The notes: generated by a model from the sequence alone, not told the origin. 64,000 nucleotides of DNA from Desulfobacterales bacterium (GCA_963674755.2 CAXXVS010000003.1:352001-416000); one strand, 5' to 3'. Numbered from the stretch's first letter, positions 12,077-21,221 are shown. Made by a program: numbers and translations.

Positions 12077-12258
12077 GGCCTCATCGCCAAAAGGCTTTCT
12101 CGGTTTACCATTCGGCCGGGCCTGTTGCCATGGTTAAAGGTACGGCACACGAAAGCTGAGCCGTTGATGTGGAGTACGGAATCAACTCGAGTTGAAGAAT
12201 TTAGCGGTCTGCAGAGGGAAGCCTAGCTTTCAGGCCAAATCTTAGGAGAGTTTATAAA

Positions 12259-13947
12259 ATGGAACAAATGCGTTTGCTGCTTGCCATCGTCCTATCGTTT
12301 CTCGTTTTCGTCGTGTGGCAATGGCTGATGGTTGAGCCCGAAATGGCCAAACAGACGCCAGAACAAGCAACGCTGGCCGAAAGCACCCCTACATCGGAAG
12401 AAAGTGCGACGACCCCCTCGGCTAAACCGGAGGGGGGGAGAAACCTGGTTGCGCCGGAAGTCCAGGAAACCCCATTACCACAGGCGCCGCCCACCCTGGA
12501 AAATCGCGAAGCGCGGCAGATCCGTGTCGAAACCCCGCTTTATACGGCCGTATTCACCGAGAAGGGTGGTGCTTTGGATGACCTCATCCTGAAAGACTAC
12601 CATGAGACTACCGCTAAAGACAGTCCGCTTAAGGATATGATTCCCGAAGCGGCACGGAAAATTCCGCTCCAAACGGGCTGGGTGGGGAAGAATTTACCAG
12701 GAATGGAAAACGCGCTCTATGAAAGCGGCACCTCCCAGGATGAAATCCAGGTCCAGAATACGCCGCAGACCATTGAATTCCGTTATACCAATGCCCAAGG
12801 CATCACCATTCGAAAAGAATTTTCCTTCCGGCCCGATAGCTACCTTATAGGAATGACGGTGACGATTGCCAACCATTCGGCGGCTGCCATTGACGGAAAA
12901 CCCATGGTGAAGATCGCCAACGTCGTTGGCGATCCTGACAGTCGTATTACATTTGAAGGGCCCATGGCGCTGATGGGCACCAGCCTTGAAGAAGTCAAAA
13001 TGAAGGATATCGCCAAACAGCCCGAACTGGAAGGCTCTTTGCGCTGGATCGGTATAACGGATCGCTATTTTATGACGGTTCTTATCCCGGAAGAATCCAT
13101 CGACGGTGCGATGAAGATGGAAAAAGTCGGTGACGACATGGTCATTGCCACCCTGGTTTTACCGGAAACCAGCATCGCTCCGGGCGAGGATAAGAACTTC
13201 AGCTACAAATCGTTCATCGGGCCTAAGGATACCGAAGTGCTGGCGAAGGCCAACTACGATCTGAGCAAGGCCGTCAATTTCGGGATGTTTGATCTTTTAG
13301 CCAAACCTTTTTTATGGATCATGAATCAGATTTACAAGGTCATACCGAACTACGGCATTGCCATCATTCTGTTGACCTTGATGACCAAAATCATTTTATG
13401 GCCGCTGGGCAATAAAAGCTATAAATCCATGAACGACATGAAGCGCATGCAGCCGCTCATGGCTGAAATCCGGGAAAAGTATAAAGGCGACAAAAAGAAA
13501 ATGAACGAAGAGACCATGGCGCTTTACCGCACCTACAAGATCAATCCTATGGGCGGATGCCTTCCGATGATTGTACAACTGCCTGTATTTTTTGCGCTTT
13601 ATCGTATGCTTTACCAAGCCATCGAACTCCGGCATGCACCGTTCTTCGGCTGGATCAACGATTTATCAGCACCGGATCGATTGTTTCATTTTGGATTTAG
13701 CATTCCCTTCATGCAACCGCCTTACGGGATTCCCGTGCTGACCATCGTGATGGGGGTTACCATGCTGCTGCAGCAAAAAATGTCACCGCCGCCGGGCGAT
13801 CCGACCCAGGCCAAAATGATGATGTTCATGCCGATTATTTTCACCGTGATCTTTATTAATTTTCCGGCCGGACTTGTACTGTACTGGTTGACGAATAATA
13901 TTTTTTCCATAGCGCAGCAATATTACATCCAAAAGAAATATGCTTAA
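12259..13947 (+). CDS. yidC: Membrane protein insertase
   Basis: 562 aa; NYGIAIILLT, NPMGGCLPMIVQLPVFFALY, WINDLSAPD, GLVLYWLTNN. Confidence 0.97.
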   Translation: MEQMRLLLAIVLSFLVFVVWQWLMVEPEMAKQTPEQATLAESTPTSEESATTPSAKPEGGRNLVAPEVQETPLPQAPPTLENREARQIRVETPLYTAVFTEKGGALDDLILKDYHETTAKDSPLKDMIPEAARKIPLQTGWVGKNLPGMENALYESGTSQDEIQVQNTPQTIEFRYTNAQGITIRKEFSFRPDSYLIGMTVTIANHSAAAIDGKPMVKIANVVGDPDSRITFEGPMALMGTSLEEVKMKDIAKQPELEGSLRWIGITDRYFMTVLIPEESIDGAMKMEKVGDDMVIATLVLPETSIAPGEDKNFSYKSFIGPKDTEVLAKANYDLSKAVNFGMFDLLAKPFLWIMNQIYKVIPNYGIAIILLTLMTKIILWPLGNKSYKSMNDMKRMQPLMAEIREKYKGDKKKMNEETMALYRTYKINPMGGCLPMIVQLPVFFALYRMLYQAIELRHAPFFGWINDLSAPDRLFHFGFSIPFMQPPYGIPVLTIVMGVTMLLQQKMSPPPGDPTQAKMMMFMPIIFTVIFINFPAGLVLYWLTNNIFSIAQQYYIQKKYA

Positions 13948-13962
13948 AGCCAGAGGATTTTT

Positions 13963-14703
13963 ATGACGGCTGACATGGAATTTACCGGACGAAACGTTAA
14001 AAAGGCGCTTCAAAAAGCCGCTGAAAGGCTCGACATACCGGCTGAAAAGATTGACTATGATATCCTGTCACACGGTTCAACGGGCATTTTCGGGTTGGCC
14101 GGCATCAAAAAAGCCCGCATTGTGGTCAAAAGCAAGACAGAAGAAGATCGACCCAATGATGATAATGAACCCGAGGAAGCCCTAGCCAAGAAGAAGACCG
14201 TTACGGACCGTGAAAATGCAGTGGCGAGCGATCCTGAAGAGGCTATCCAAATCGGCGAAGCGGTTTTGCGACGCATGGTGGATGCCATTTCACCAGAGGC
14301 TACGATTGTTGTCGAAAGAGATGAAAAGCGGGTGCGGTTTATCATCGAAGGGGGTCAGTCCGGAATTCTGATCGGCAAACGTGGACAGACCCTCGATGCC
14401 ATGCAGCTTTTGGTCGAAAAGGCGGCGCGGCGGCTTGGCGGACAGCGCATGCGGTTACAGGTCGACGTTGAGGGGTATCTCGCCAAAAAGAAGGCCGGAC
14501 TAGTGCAAACGGCCGAACGTGTTGCCAAAAAGGTGGCCTCCAAAGGGAATCCGGGCAGCATTGGATATCTCAACGCGCAGGATAGGCGCATCGTACATTT
14601 GGCCCTGAAAAACAACCGCAGTGTTCGGACCAAAAGTGTCGGTGAAGGGCCGGTGCGCAAACTGATGATTTATCCACAGCGAAATCCACGAACCAAAACC
14701 TGA
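13963..14703 (+). CDS. jag: Jag/EloR/KhpB RNA-binding protein (Jag-N, KH, R3H)
   Basis: GIFGL N-terminal motif, LIGKRGQTLDAMQ (KH), DRRIVH (R3H); follows yidC. Confidence 0.92.
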   Translation: MTADMEFTGRNVKKALQKAAERLDIPAEKIDYDILSHGSTGIFGLAGIKKARIVVKSKTEEDRPNDDNEPEEALAKKKTVTDRENAVASDPEEAIQIGEAVLRRMVDAISPEATIVVERDEKRVRFIIEGGQSGILIGKRGQTLDAMQLLVEKAARRLGGQRMRLQVDVEGYLAKKKAGLVQTAERVAKKVASKGNPGSIGYLNAQDRRIVHLALKNNRSVRTKSVGEGPVRKLMIYPQRNPRTKT

Positions 14704-14739
14704 GTTCGGGCCGTTTCATTTTGTCTAACGTCAGATACC

Positions 14740-14763
14740 AAGCCGCTTTTTAAAGCGGCTTTT
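14740..14763 (+). terminator. Possible terminator after jag
   Basis: AAGCCGCT-TTTTAA-AGCGGCTT followed by T's. Confidence 0.5.
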
Positions 14764-14791
14764 ATGATTTATACCGGCACGACGATCCACC

Positions 14792-16168
14792 ATGCTCAAC
14801 GACACCATCGCCGCTATCGCGACACCTCCCGGAACCGGAGGCATAGCGATCATCAAAATTTCCGGTCCGGATGCCCTTGGGGCCGCCGAGATACTTTTTA
14901 AGCCGGCTAACCCACAGCGATCGTTGCCCGAACTGCCTAGCCAAAGCATGCTTTACGGGCATGTTTATGACCCCGGGCAGGGGGACCTGATCGACGAGGT
15001 TCTGATTACCGTGCTCAAGGGGCCCCACAGTTTTACCGGTGAAGATGTGGTGGAAATCAATTGTCATGGCGGTCCCCAGGTTTCACGGACCATTCTCGAC
15101 CTGCTTTTGGAAAGAGGTCTTCGTCTGGCGGAGCCGGGCGAATTTACCCGCCGGGCCTTTATGAATGGCCGCATCGATCTGACCCAGGCGGAAGCCACGA
15201 TCGATTTGATTCAGGCCCGGACAAGACGCGCGGCCCGGCTCGGAGGCCGGATGCTCAAGGGCGGACTGGGAAACAAAATCCAATCCCTTCTGCGCATTAT
15301 CGACGAGAGCCGTATGCGTATCGAGGCAGCCATCGAATTTGGCGAAGAGACGGACATGGATGTAGCGCCCCAGGATATCCAGGACATGCTGGGCCAAAAG
15401 GTTTTGCCGGTTATCAACCAACTCATCGTGGCTCATCAACATGGCGAGTGGCTTCGCAATGGCCTCCGTATCGTGCTCGTCGGCAAGCCTAACGTGGGTA
15501 AGTCCAGTTTGATGAATCGGCTTTTACAGAAGGAACGGGTCATAGTTACGCCGATTGCCGGGACAACGCGTGACACGATTGAAGAAGGATTTGAAATCGA
15601 AGGGGTTCCCATTCTGTTGACCGATACGGCGGGGCTACGGCGCCATCCTGATCCTATTGAACGGGTCGGACAGGAGAAAGCCTGGCAGGCTATCGAACAG
15701 GCGGATTTGCTTTTGTTCATGATTGACGGGAGTCAATCTGTCGACGATTATGATCGTGAGTTGGCAGACAAGGTCGAAGGACGGCCACATTTGGTCGTAC
15801 GCAACAAGGTGGATATTGTGGCCGATCCGGCGCGACGGGCGTCGTTTGCTGCCCCGCCGTTAGATGGCTATCTCGATATTTCGGCTCTGCGGGGAGACGG
15901 GCTCGAAACGCTCAAGACCAAAATAATGGATCATTTCGGAGAGGATCTGGCGATCGGCAATGACACCTGGCTGCCGAGTCGGCGGCAAAAGGACCTCTTG
16001 ATGAAAGTGCAGAGCCTTCTTAGCGATTCTCTTGCAACGAGCCCCACGATTGATGCGCTGGCGATGGATTTGAAAGATTGCGAACACTATTTTAATCAGA
16101 TAATAGGAATAGATGTTGAACCGGATGTGTTGGAAACCATTTTTAAGCGCTTCTGTATAGGGAAATAA
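14792..16168 (+). CDS. mnmE: tRNA modification GTPase
   Basis: DTIAAIATPPG, SFTGEDVVEINCHGG, GKPNVGKSS, GTTRD, DTAG, NKVD, FCIGK C-terminus. Confidence 0.98.
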   Translation: MLNDTIAAIATPPGTGGIAIIKISGPDALGAAEILFKPANPQRSLPELPSQSMLYGHVYDPGQGDLIDEVLITVLKGPHSFTGEDVVEINCHGGPQVSRTILDLLLERGLRLAEPGEFTRRAFMNGRIDLTQAEATIDLIQARTRRAARLGGRMLKGGLGNKIQSLLRIIDESRMRIEAAIEFGEETDMDVAPQDIQDMLGQKVLPVINQLIVAHQHGEWLRNGLRIVLVGKPNVGKSSLMNRLLQKERVIVTPIAGTTRDTIEEGFEIEGVPILLTDTAGLRRHPDPIERVGQEKAWQAIEQADLLLFMIDGSQSVDDYDRELADKVEGRPHLVVRNKVDIVADPARRASFAAPPLDGYLDISALRGDGLETLKTKIMDHFGEDLAIGNDTWLPSRRQKDLLMKVQSLLSDSLATSPTIDALAMDLKDCEHYFNQIIGIDVEPDVLETIFKRFCIGK

Positions 16169-16184
16169 TGTTTCACGTGAAACA
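16169..16184. promoter_or_regulatory. parS: parS centromere site (ParB binding)
   Basis: TGTTTCACGTGAAACA, an exact match to the widespread parS consensus, abutting the mnmE stop codon. Confidence 0.93.
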
Positions 16185-16225
16185 ATCAATGCCCTGCTAA
16201 GGGAGCCCCCCAAAGGAGTTGGTCA

Positions 16226-16894
16226 ATGGATTTCGCCCCCTACTTTTTAAAATACGAAGCTCTCTCAAAAGCGGCCGACCAGGTATTCGAGCGTGTTCGG
16301 CAAGCCTTTCCGGATTGTGTGCAGTGCCGGGAGGAGTGCGCCGACTGCTGCCATGCCCTTTTTGATCTAACCCTGATCGAAGCCCTGTACATGAATGAAA
16401 AGTTCAAGGCCCGTTACGATGGTGCGGAGCGCGAGGCCATGCTGGAAAAAGCTAACCGGGCCGATCGGACGATCCATAAATTGAAACGCGAAGCCTATCG
16501 GGATTTAAAGGCCGGTAAATCCGAAGATGAGATTCTGGCCGCTCTGGGAGAAGAGCGGGTGCGTTGTCCCCTGCTAAACGAGCGCGACATGTGTGACATG
16601 TATCAACACCGGCCGATCACCTGTCGTCTCTATGGCATTCCAACCGCCATTGGTGGGAAGGGGCGCACTTGCAAGCTTTCCAAATTTGAGGGCGGCAAAT
16701 CCTATCCTACGGCCGATATCGACAAGATTCACAGCCGGCTCCAGGAGATTTCGGCGGAGATCTTACGGGATATTCAATCCGCTAATATCAAGTTGGCCGA
16801 TCTTCTGATGCCCCTTTCGATGGCCCTGATAACGGAGTTCGATGACGCCTTCATGGGGACCGAAGAATCGGCATCGGAAAAGGAGTCCTCCTGA
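16226..16894 (+). CDS. YkgJ family cysteine-cluster protein (CxxCxxCC)
   Basis: CREECADCCH, RCPLLNERDMCDMYQHRPITCRLYG. Confidence 0.85.
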   Translation: MDFAPYFLKYEALSKAADQVFERVRQAFPDCVQCREECADCCHALFDLTLIEALYMNEKFKARYDGAEREAMLEKANRADRTIHKLKREAYRDLKAGKSEDEILAALGEERVRCPLLNERDMCDMYQHRPITCRLYGIPTAIGGKGRTCKLSKFEGGKSYPTADIDKIHSRLQEISAEILRDIQSANIKLADLLMPLSMALITEFDDAFMGTEESASEKESS

Positions 16895-16895
16895 A

Positions 16896-17246
16896 ATGAC
16901 GGTATCCAAAGATGAGGCCGAAGCAAGAAAACGCGCCATCTACGAAAGTCTGGGAAGCCGCAACCGACGCTATATCGATCGTATCGGTTATGACAAATGG
17001 GATCCCTTTGAGGAACCCAAGGATCCGATCGAAATCCGTCGGGACCCCACCAAGCGGACCAGCCAGCAATTGGTTCGAGAATTTCTTCAGTCGCGTCCCA
17101 TGGAGGGCTACAGCAATGCCTATGGGCGGGGCGTCCTTGAAATGTGCCTGGGCATTATCAACAATGACGAGCGCTATGTCGCCATGTTGGAGTTTGCCAC
17201 CTGGTACAATGCCCTTCTCGAGAGGGAAGGGGCCAAGCGGGATTGA
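16896..17246 (+). CDS. Hypothetical protein (116 aa)
   Basis: ATG 16896 just after the YkgJ stop with AAGGAG upstream; MTVSKDEAEARKRAIYESL...; its stop overlaps the next start (TTGA). Confidence 0.75.
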   Translation: MTVSKDEAEARKRAIYESLGSRNRRYIDRIGYDKWDPFEEPKDPIEIRRDPTKRTSQQLVREFLQSRPMEGYSNAYGRGVLEMCLGIINNDERYVAMLEFATWYNALLEREGAKRD

Positions 17247-18133
17247 TCCCCGTGGGGCGGTTGGAAAAAGAGCAACAAGCGCGGGAAATACCGACTCATA
17301 TCCGCAATGCCATTCAAGATCGGATTTTCAACGCCGGGCGCCACCATACGATGCGCGATCTGGTGCATGAAATTGCACAACAACAAAACTGTTCCCGTTC
17401 CGTGGTCCAATCAGCTCTCCGCAGGCTCATAGCGGAGGGCGTTCTCGAATATCATTACACCTTCGGGCAGTCTTATCTGGGGGTGTCCTTCGCCCATCCG
17501 GTGGAATTGACCTCCCGCTTCACCATTGTCCCACCCGGACACGCCGGCCAAATGCCGCCGGCCAAGATTCCCCTGGTCATCGCTCCGGGAATTGCCTTCG
17601 GTGATGGCCGACACGCCACGACGTGCCTGGCACTTTGCGCTCTTGACAAAGGATGGGGCCATTTCCGGCAACACAACCCGGACGCCGCCATACGTGCGGT
17701 GGATATTGGTACGGGCAGCGGGATTCTGGCGATAGCGGCCGCCAGCCTGGGTGCGGCGCGTGTCTTGGCACTGGACATCGATGCCTGCGCCCGCACGGAA
17801 GCCCTCCACAACGTTCGATTAAATCCAAAGGCGGTAGCGGTCGTCCATGTTACCGACAGCGCTGCGGAGTCCCTTGACGAGCGATTCGATTTGATTATGG
17901 CCAATCTTCGCTTGCCGACGCTGGCGGGTTTGGTCGGATGGGTGCGCAATTGTTTAAGCCCTCGGGGCTGTGTGGTGGTCAGCGGATGCCGGGAGGAGGA
18001 GTGGCCGCATCTCGTGGGCATTTACGACGCCAAAGGATTGCATCCGTTATGGCAAAATGCAAGCAGAGGGTGGGCCGGAGGCGTATTTATAGACGCTGAA
18101 GAGGGGGCGTTAGCTTCGTATGGCGCAACCTAG
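17243..18133 (+). CDS. prmA: PrmA-like SAM-dependent protein methyltransferase with atypical N-terminal domain
   Basis: PGIAFGDGRHATT, DIGTGSGILAIAA, DID, DLIMAN, VVSG motifs; N-terminal ~80 aa not PrmA-like. Confidence 0.7.
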   Translation: MIPVGRLEKEQQAREIPTHIRNAIQDRIFNAGRHHTMRDLVHEIAQQQNCSRSVVQSALRRLIAEGVLEYHYTFGQSYLGVSFAHPVELTSRFTIVPPGHAGQMPPAKIPLVIAPGIAFGDGRHATTCLALCALDKGWGHFRQHNPDAAIRAVDIGTGSGILAIAAASLGAARVLALDIDACARTEALHNVRLNPKAVAVVHVTDSAAESLDERFDLIMANLRLPTLAGLVGWVRNCLSPRGCVVVSGCREEEWPHLVGIYDAKGLHPLWQNASRGWAGGVFIDAEEGALASYGAT

Positions 18134-18242
18134 CGGATAAAGATCACCCCTGTCCACAGGGCCTCCAGGGCGCTAATTTTCAAAAAAAACTAAAACACAA
18201 TATGTTGTATTCTTGTCCAGGAGATAGTCGAATATATGGCAT
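18132..18242. promoter_or_regulatory. Cluster of DnaA-box-like and NrdR-box-like motifs with an AT-rich tract
   Basis: AGCGGATAA (18132-18140) and CTGTCCACA (18150-18158), each 2 mismatches to TTATCCACA; ACACAATATGTTGTAT (18195-18210); weaker GTCGAATATATGGC at 18227. Confidence 0.5.
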
Positions 18243-18390
18243 ATGGTGGATTCGGCGTTTCAGGCCTTATCTGGTAAGGCTTTCCAGCAACAGGGGAGGC
18301 GGATCGACCATGCTCCAGTCGCTAGGGGCGCCATGAGGCGTATTCGTAGGAGGGTCTACATACCGCGGCAGCTTGACATCGATCTTGGGA

Positions 18391-19371
18391 TCACGCCCGG
18401 GGGCGGAAGACCAGTTTGCCTCCAAGCCATCCGGCGATGCCGGCAACGACCAGCATAACAACGTGCAGCAGCAAATAAAAAGCACCGGGGTCGCGTGCGG
18501 ATTCGGGGGATATCAACCCCCAGGCGAAGAGAATAAAAGACAAAACCAGCACGGCCGCACCACAGATAATCTTCCACTTGAACAGATCCGTCATGTTGCC
18601 GCCAAACTTGAATTGCCAGTGGAGATAACCGGTGAAGAGGACCACCGGCATGGAGAGGAGGATAAAGCCCATGTTGTAAACAGCGGCCTGCCCGATGGCC
18701 GGCCAGTGAAAAATGGCCGTTAAAAATACCATGGTCACTGTAATGGGCAACACACCGTTGGGAATGTGAACGGCAATCGGATGGGCGTGATAGTCAATCG
18801 CCAGATCGATCCACTTTCGATAGGGAGTTAAAAAGGCGGCAGCTGGTGGGGCTTGATCGTAAGCAGGCGTCGCTTCCGTTTCCGTTGGTGCCGGTTTTTC
18901 TTCGGGCGTATCTATCCGCACGAATTGGGATCTATCGGCACCGCATACCGGACATTTTTCAGGAGGCTCGGGGCCGGTGTGGATATAGCCGCACACCGTG
19001 CATTGCCAGCGCAGTTCCGGGCCTATGTTGCGGGCTTCCTGATTGCCGGAGACCGGCGCAGGAGATGGCGCCGGAGGGGTCGGGCGGGGCGTTTCATCGG
19101 CGGTATGAAAGTGGCGTCCTTCTGATCCGCAAACAGGGCATGTGTCGGGCGGGGTGGCGCCGGTATGGGCAAAGCCGCATACGCTACATTCCCACTTTAG
19201 GGCGGCGGGCGGTGAGGATTCCGGCTCTGAAGCGGCTGCGCCGGGAGCCGTCTCTTCAGCCTCATCCACAGGAACAAAGCGGCTTCGGTCGGCGCCGCAG
19301 ACCGGACATTGATCCGGCGGCTCAGCGCCCTGGTGAACATAGCCACATACCGTACAGCGCCACTTTTTCAT
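18391..19371 (-). CDS. Triple rubredoxin-like domain protein with C-terminal DUF2231-like membrane domain
   Basis: Three W-x-C-x-V-C-G...C-P-V-C-G repeats with Pro/Ala linkers, then HPIAVHIPNG and about four TM segments. Confidence 0.85.
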   Translation of the reverse strand: MKKWRCTVCGYVHQGAEPPDQCPVCGADRSRFVPVDEAEETAPGAAASEPESSPPAALKWECSVCGFAHTGATPPDTCPVCGSEGRHFHTADETPRPTPPAPSPAPVSGNQEARNIGPELRWQCTVCGYIHTGPEPPEKCPVCGADRSQFVRIDTPEEKPAPTETEATPAYDQAPPAAAFLTPYRKWIDLAIDYHAHPIAVHIPNGVLPITVTMVFLTAIFHWPAIGQAAVYNMGFILLSMPVVLFTGYLHWQFKFGGNMTDLFKWKIICGAAVLVLSFILFAWGLISPESARDPGAFYLLLHVVMLVVAGIAGWLGGKLVFRPRA

Positions 19372-19398
19372 TGTATCTCCCTGAGGACGCGAATTTTA

Positions 19399-20538
19399 TT
19401 ATCCCATGATGTTGAAGGACCAGAGCACACCGGCGGCAATGGCGGAGCCGATCACGCCGGAAGAATTGCAGGCCATGGCATGCATGAGCAGGTAATTGTC
19501 GGGATCTTCGTGTTGGCCCATCAAATGAACTTCGCGGGCCGAACCGGGAACCGCGGAGACGCCGGCGGCACCCAGGAGAGGGTTGATCTTTTTCTTCAGG
19601 AAAAGATTCATGATTTTGCCGAAGATGACACCGGAAGCTGTGGCCAAAGAGAAGGCCAATGCGCCCAGCCCGAAAATTTTCAAAGACTGGGGGGTCAGGA
19701 AGACATCCGCCTGGGTGCTCATCCCCACCGCGAAACCGAGAAAGACGGTGGCCGTGTCAATGATGGCGTTGCGCGCCGTATTGGCCAAACGGTCGACGAC
19801 GCCGCATTCCTTGAGCAGGTTTCCCAGAAACAGCATGCCAAGCAAAGGCAGAGCCGTGGGTGCCAACAGACAGCAAAGCAATACCCCAAGGATAGGGAAG
19901 ACCAGCTTTTCGGTGCGCGAGACGTCGCGCAGGTCTTCCATGCGGATGAGCCGTTCTTTGCGGGAGGTTAGAGCCCGCATGATAGGCGGCTGAATCACCG
20001 GAATAAGGGCCATGTAAGAATAGGCGGCGATCGCAATCGGACCGATCAAATGCGGGGCGAGTTTGGCGGTCAAAAAGATGGAGGTGGGGCCGTCGGCACC
20101 ACCAATGATAGCGATAGACGCCGCTTCCCTGGGCAGAAAGCCTAAGAACAAAGCGCCCAGCAAGGTGAAAAAGACGCCCATTTGAGCGGCGGCCCCCAGC
20201 AGCATCAATTTAGGCTGGGCCAGCAGGGAAGAAAAATCTGTCATGGCCCCCAGGCCAAGAAACACGATAGAGGGGTATACGCCGGTGGTAACACCGAAAT
20301 AAAGGTAGTGAAAAACACTATTGTTTTCATAGACACCAATTCCGAAACCCTTAAAAAACGGTATGTTACCAACAATAATGCCGAAAGCGATGGGCACTAA
20401 AAGCAGGGGCTCGTATTTTTTGGCAATGCCGAGATAAAGAAAAAGGCAACCCACCAGGATCATGATGATATAGCGAAAATCCTGGGAGATGAAATAGTAG
20501 CCGGTGTTGGTGAGAAAAGAGATCAATAAATCATACAT
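19399..20538 (-). CDS. oadB: Na+-translocating decarboxylase beta subunit
   Basis: YEPLLLVPIAFG, GAMTDF, IIGGADGPTSIF, AAYSYMALIPVIQPP, GAAGVSAVP. Confidence 0.95.
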   Translation of the reverse strand: MYDLLISFLTNTGYYFISQDFRYIIMILVGCLFLYLGIAKKYEPLLLVPIAFGIIVGNIPFFKGFGIGVYENNSVFHYLYFGVTTGVYPSIVFLGLGAMTDFSSLLAQPKLMLLGAAAQMGVFFTLLGALFLGFLPREAASIAIIGGADGPTSIFLTAKLAPHLIGPIAIAAYSYMALIPVIQPPIMRALTSRKERLIRMEDLRDVSRTEKLVFPILGVLLCCLLAPTALPLLGMLFLGNLLKECGVVDRLANTARNAIIDTATVFLGFAVGMSTQADVFLTPQSLKIFGLGALAFSLATASGVIFGKIMNLFLKKKINPLLGAAGVSAVPGSAREVHLMGQHEDPDNYLLMHAMACNSSGVIGSAIAAGVLWSFNIMG

Positions 20539-20574
20539 GGCGCAACCTCTGGGGGCTCATAATCGATACCCGAA

Positions 20575-20988
20575 CTATTCGTTCCAGTTAAAAAATCCCT
20601 CTCCCAGCGCCACCAGATGGCCGTCCTCGCGCAGGCAACGGATCGTAATATGGGGGTGGGGCAGGTCATATTCGACGGCGCGCTGATAGAGATCCTTTAA
20701 CTGAAAAGGGGCGCCTAAAGACTCCGTCAGGGGACGGTAGATCTTCAAGGTAGTGGTGAAGTCCAAAGGGCATTGGGCACCCTCGACGGATGCGCTATCC
20801 GCTTCTTGGTTCGCAGGCCCTTCGCCTGCAGCGGAAGAGGGTCCGGCCTGGCGGCGTTCCCAAAAAGCGACAAGCTTGTGGATCTGGGAAATGGCAAAGG
20901 ATAAAATGACGAGGCCTGTCATAACAATCAGTGCGCCAAGAAAGGCCTGGGACCAACCGTGATTTAGGGCGATATTCTCCAAACCCAT
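20575..20988 (-). CDS. oadG: OadG-like gamma subunit with C-terminal extension
   Basis: ATG 20988 with GGAGG; single TM (AFLGALIVMTGLVILSFAISQIHKL), Ala/Pro linker, extra ~65-aa domain; directly upstream of oadB. Confidence 0.7.
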   Translation of the reverse strand: MGLENIALNHGWSQAFLGALIVMTGLVILSFAISQIHKLVAFWERRQAGPSSAAGEGPANQEADSASVEGAQCPLDFTTTLKIYRPLTESLGAPFQLKDLYQRAVEYDLPHPHITIRCLREDGHLVALGEGFFNWNE

Positions 20989-21221
20989 CGAAAAATCCTC
21001 CTGGGATGGTAGCGGCCTTGGCAAGGGCCGTCGAATAGCCTGCGACAGCCCTTTCGGCCCACGGAAAGGGGGGAGCTTGAAAGGCGCGATCGAAGACGTC
21101 AAAACAAAAGGGAGACTAAGTCATATCTATTGAAGAATGTCAATAAAATAGTGAACGGCATTAAGTGCGTCCTTTAATGCCAAAACAGGGAAGATGCCCA
21201 AAAGGCATTTGATCGGATGGC

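Noticed and set aside
12120..12240. c-di-GMP-I riboswitch upstream of yidC
   Set aside because: A GAAA-capped hairpin is present, but the GGCAAAC...GACGCAAA core and P2 receptor are missing.
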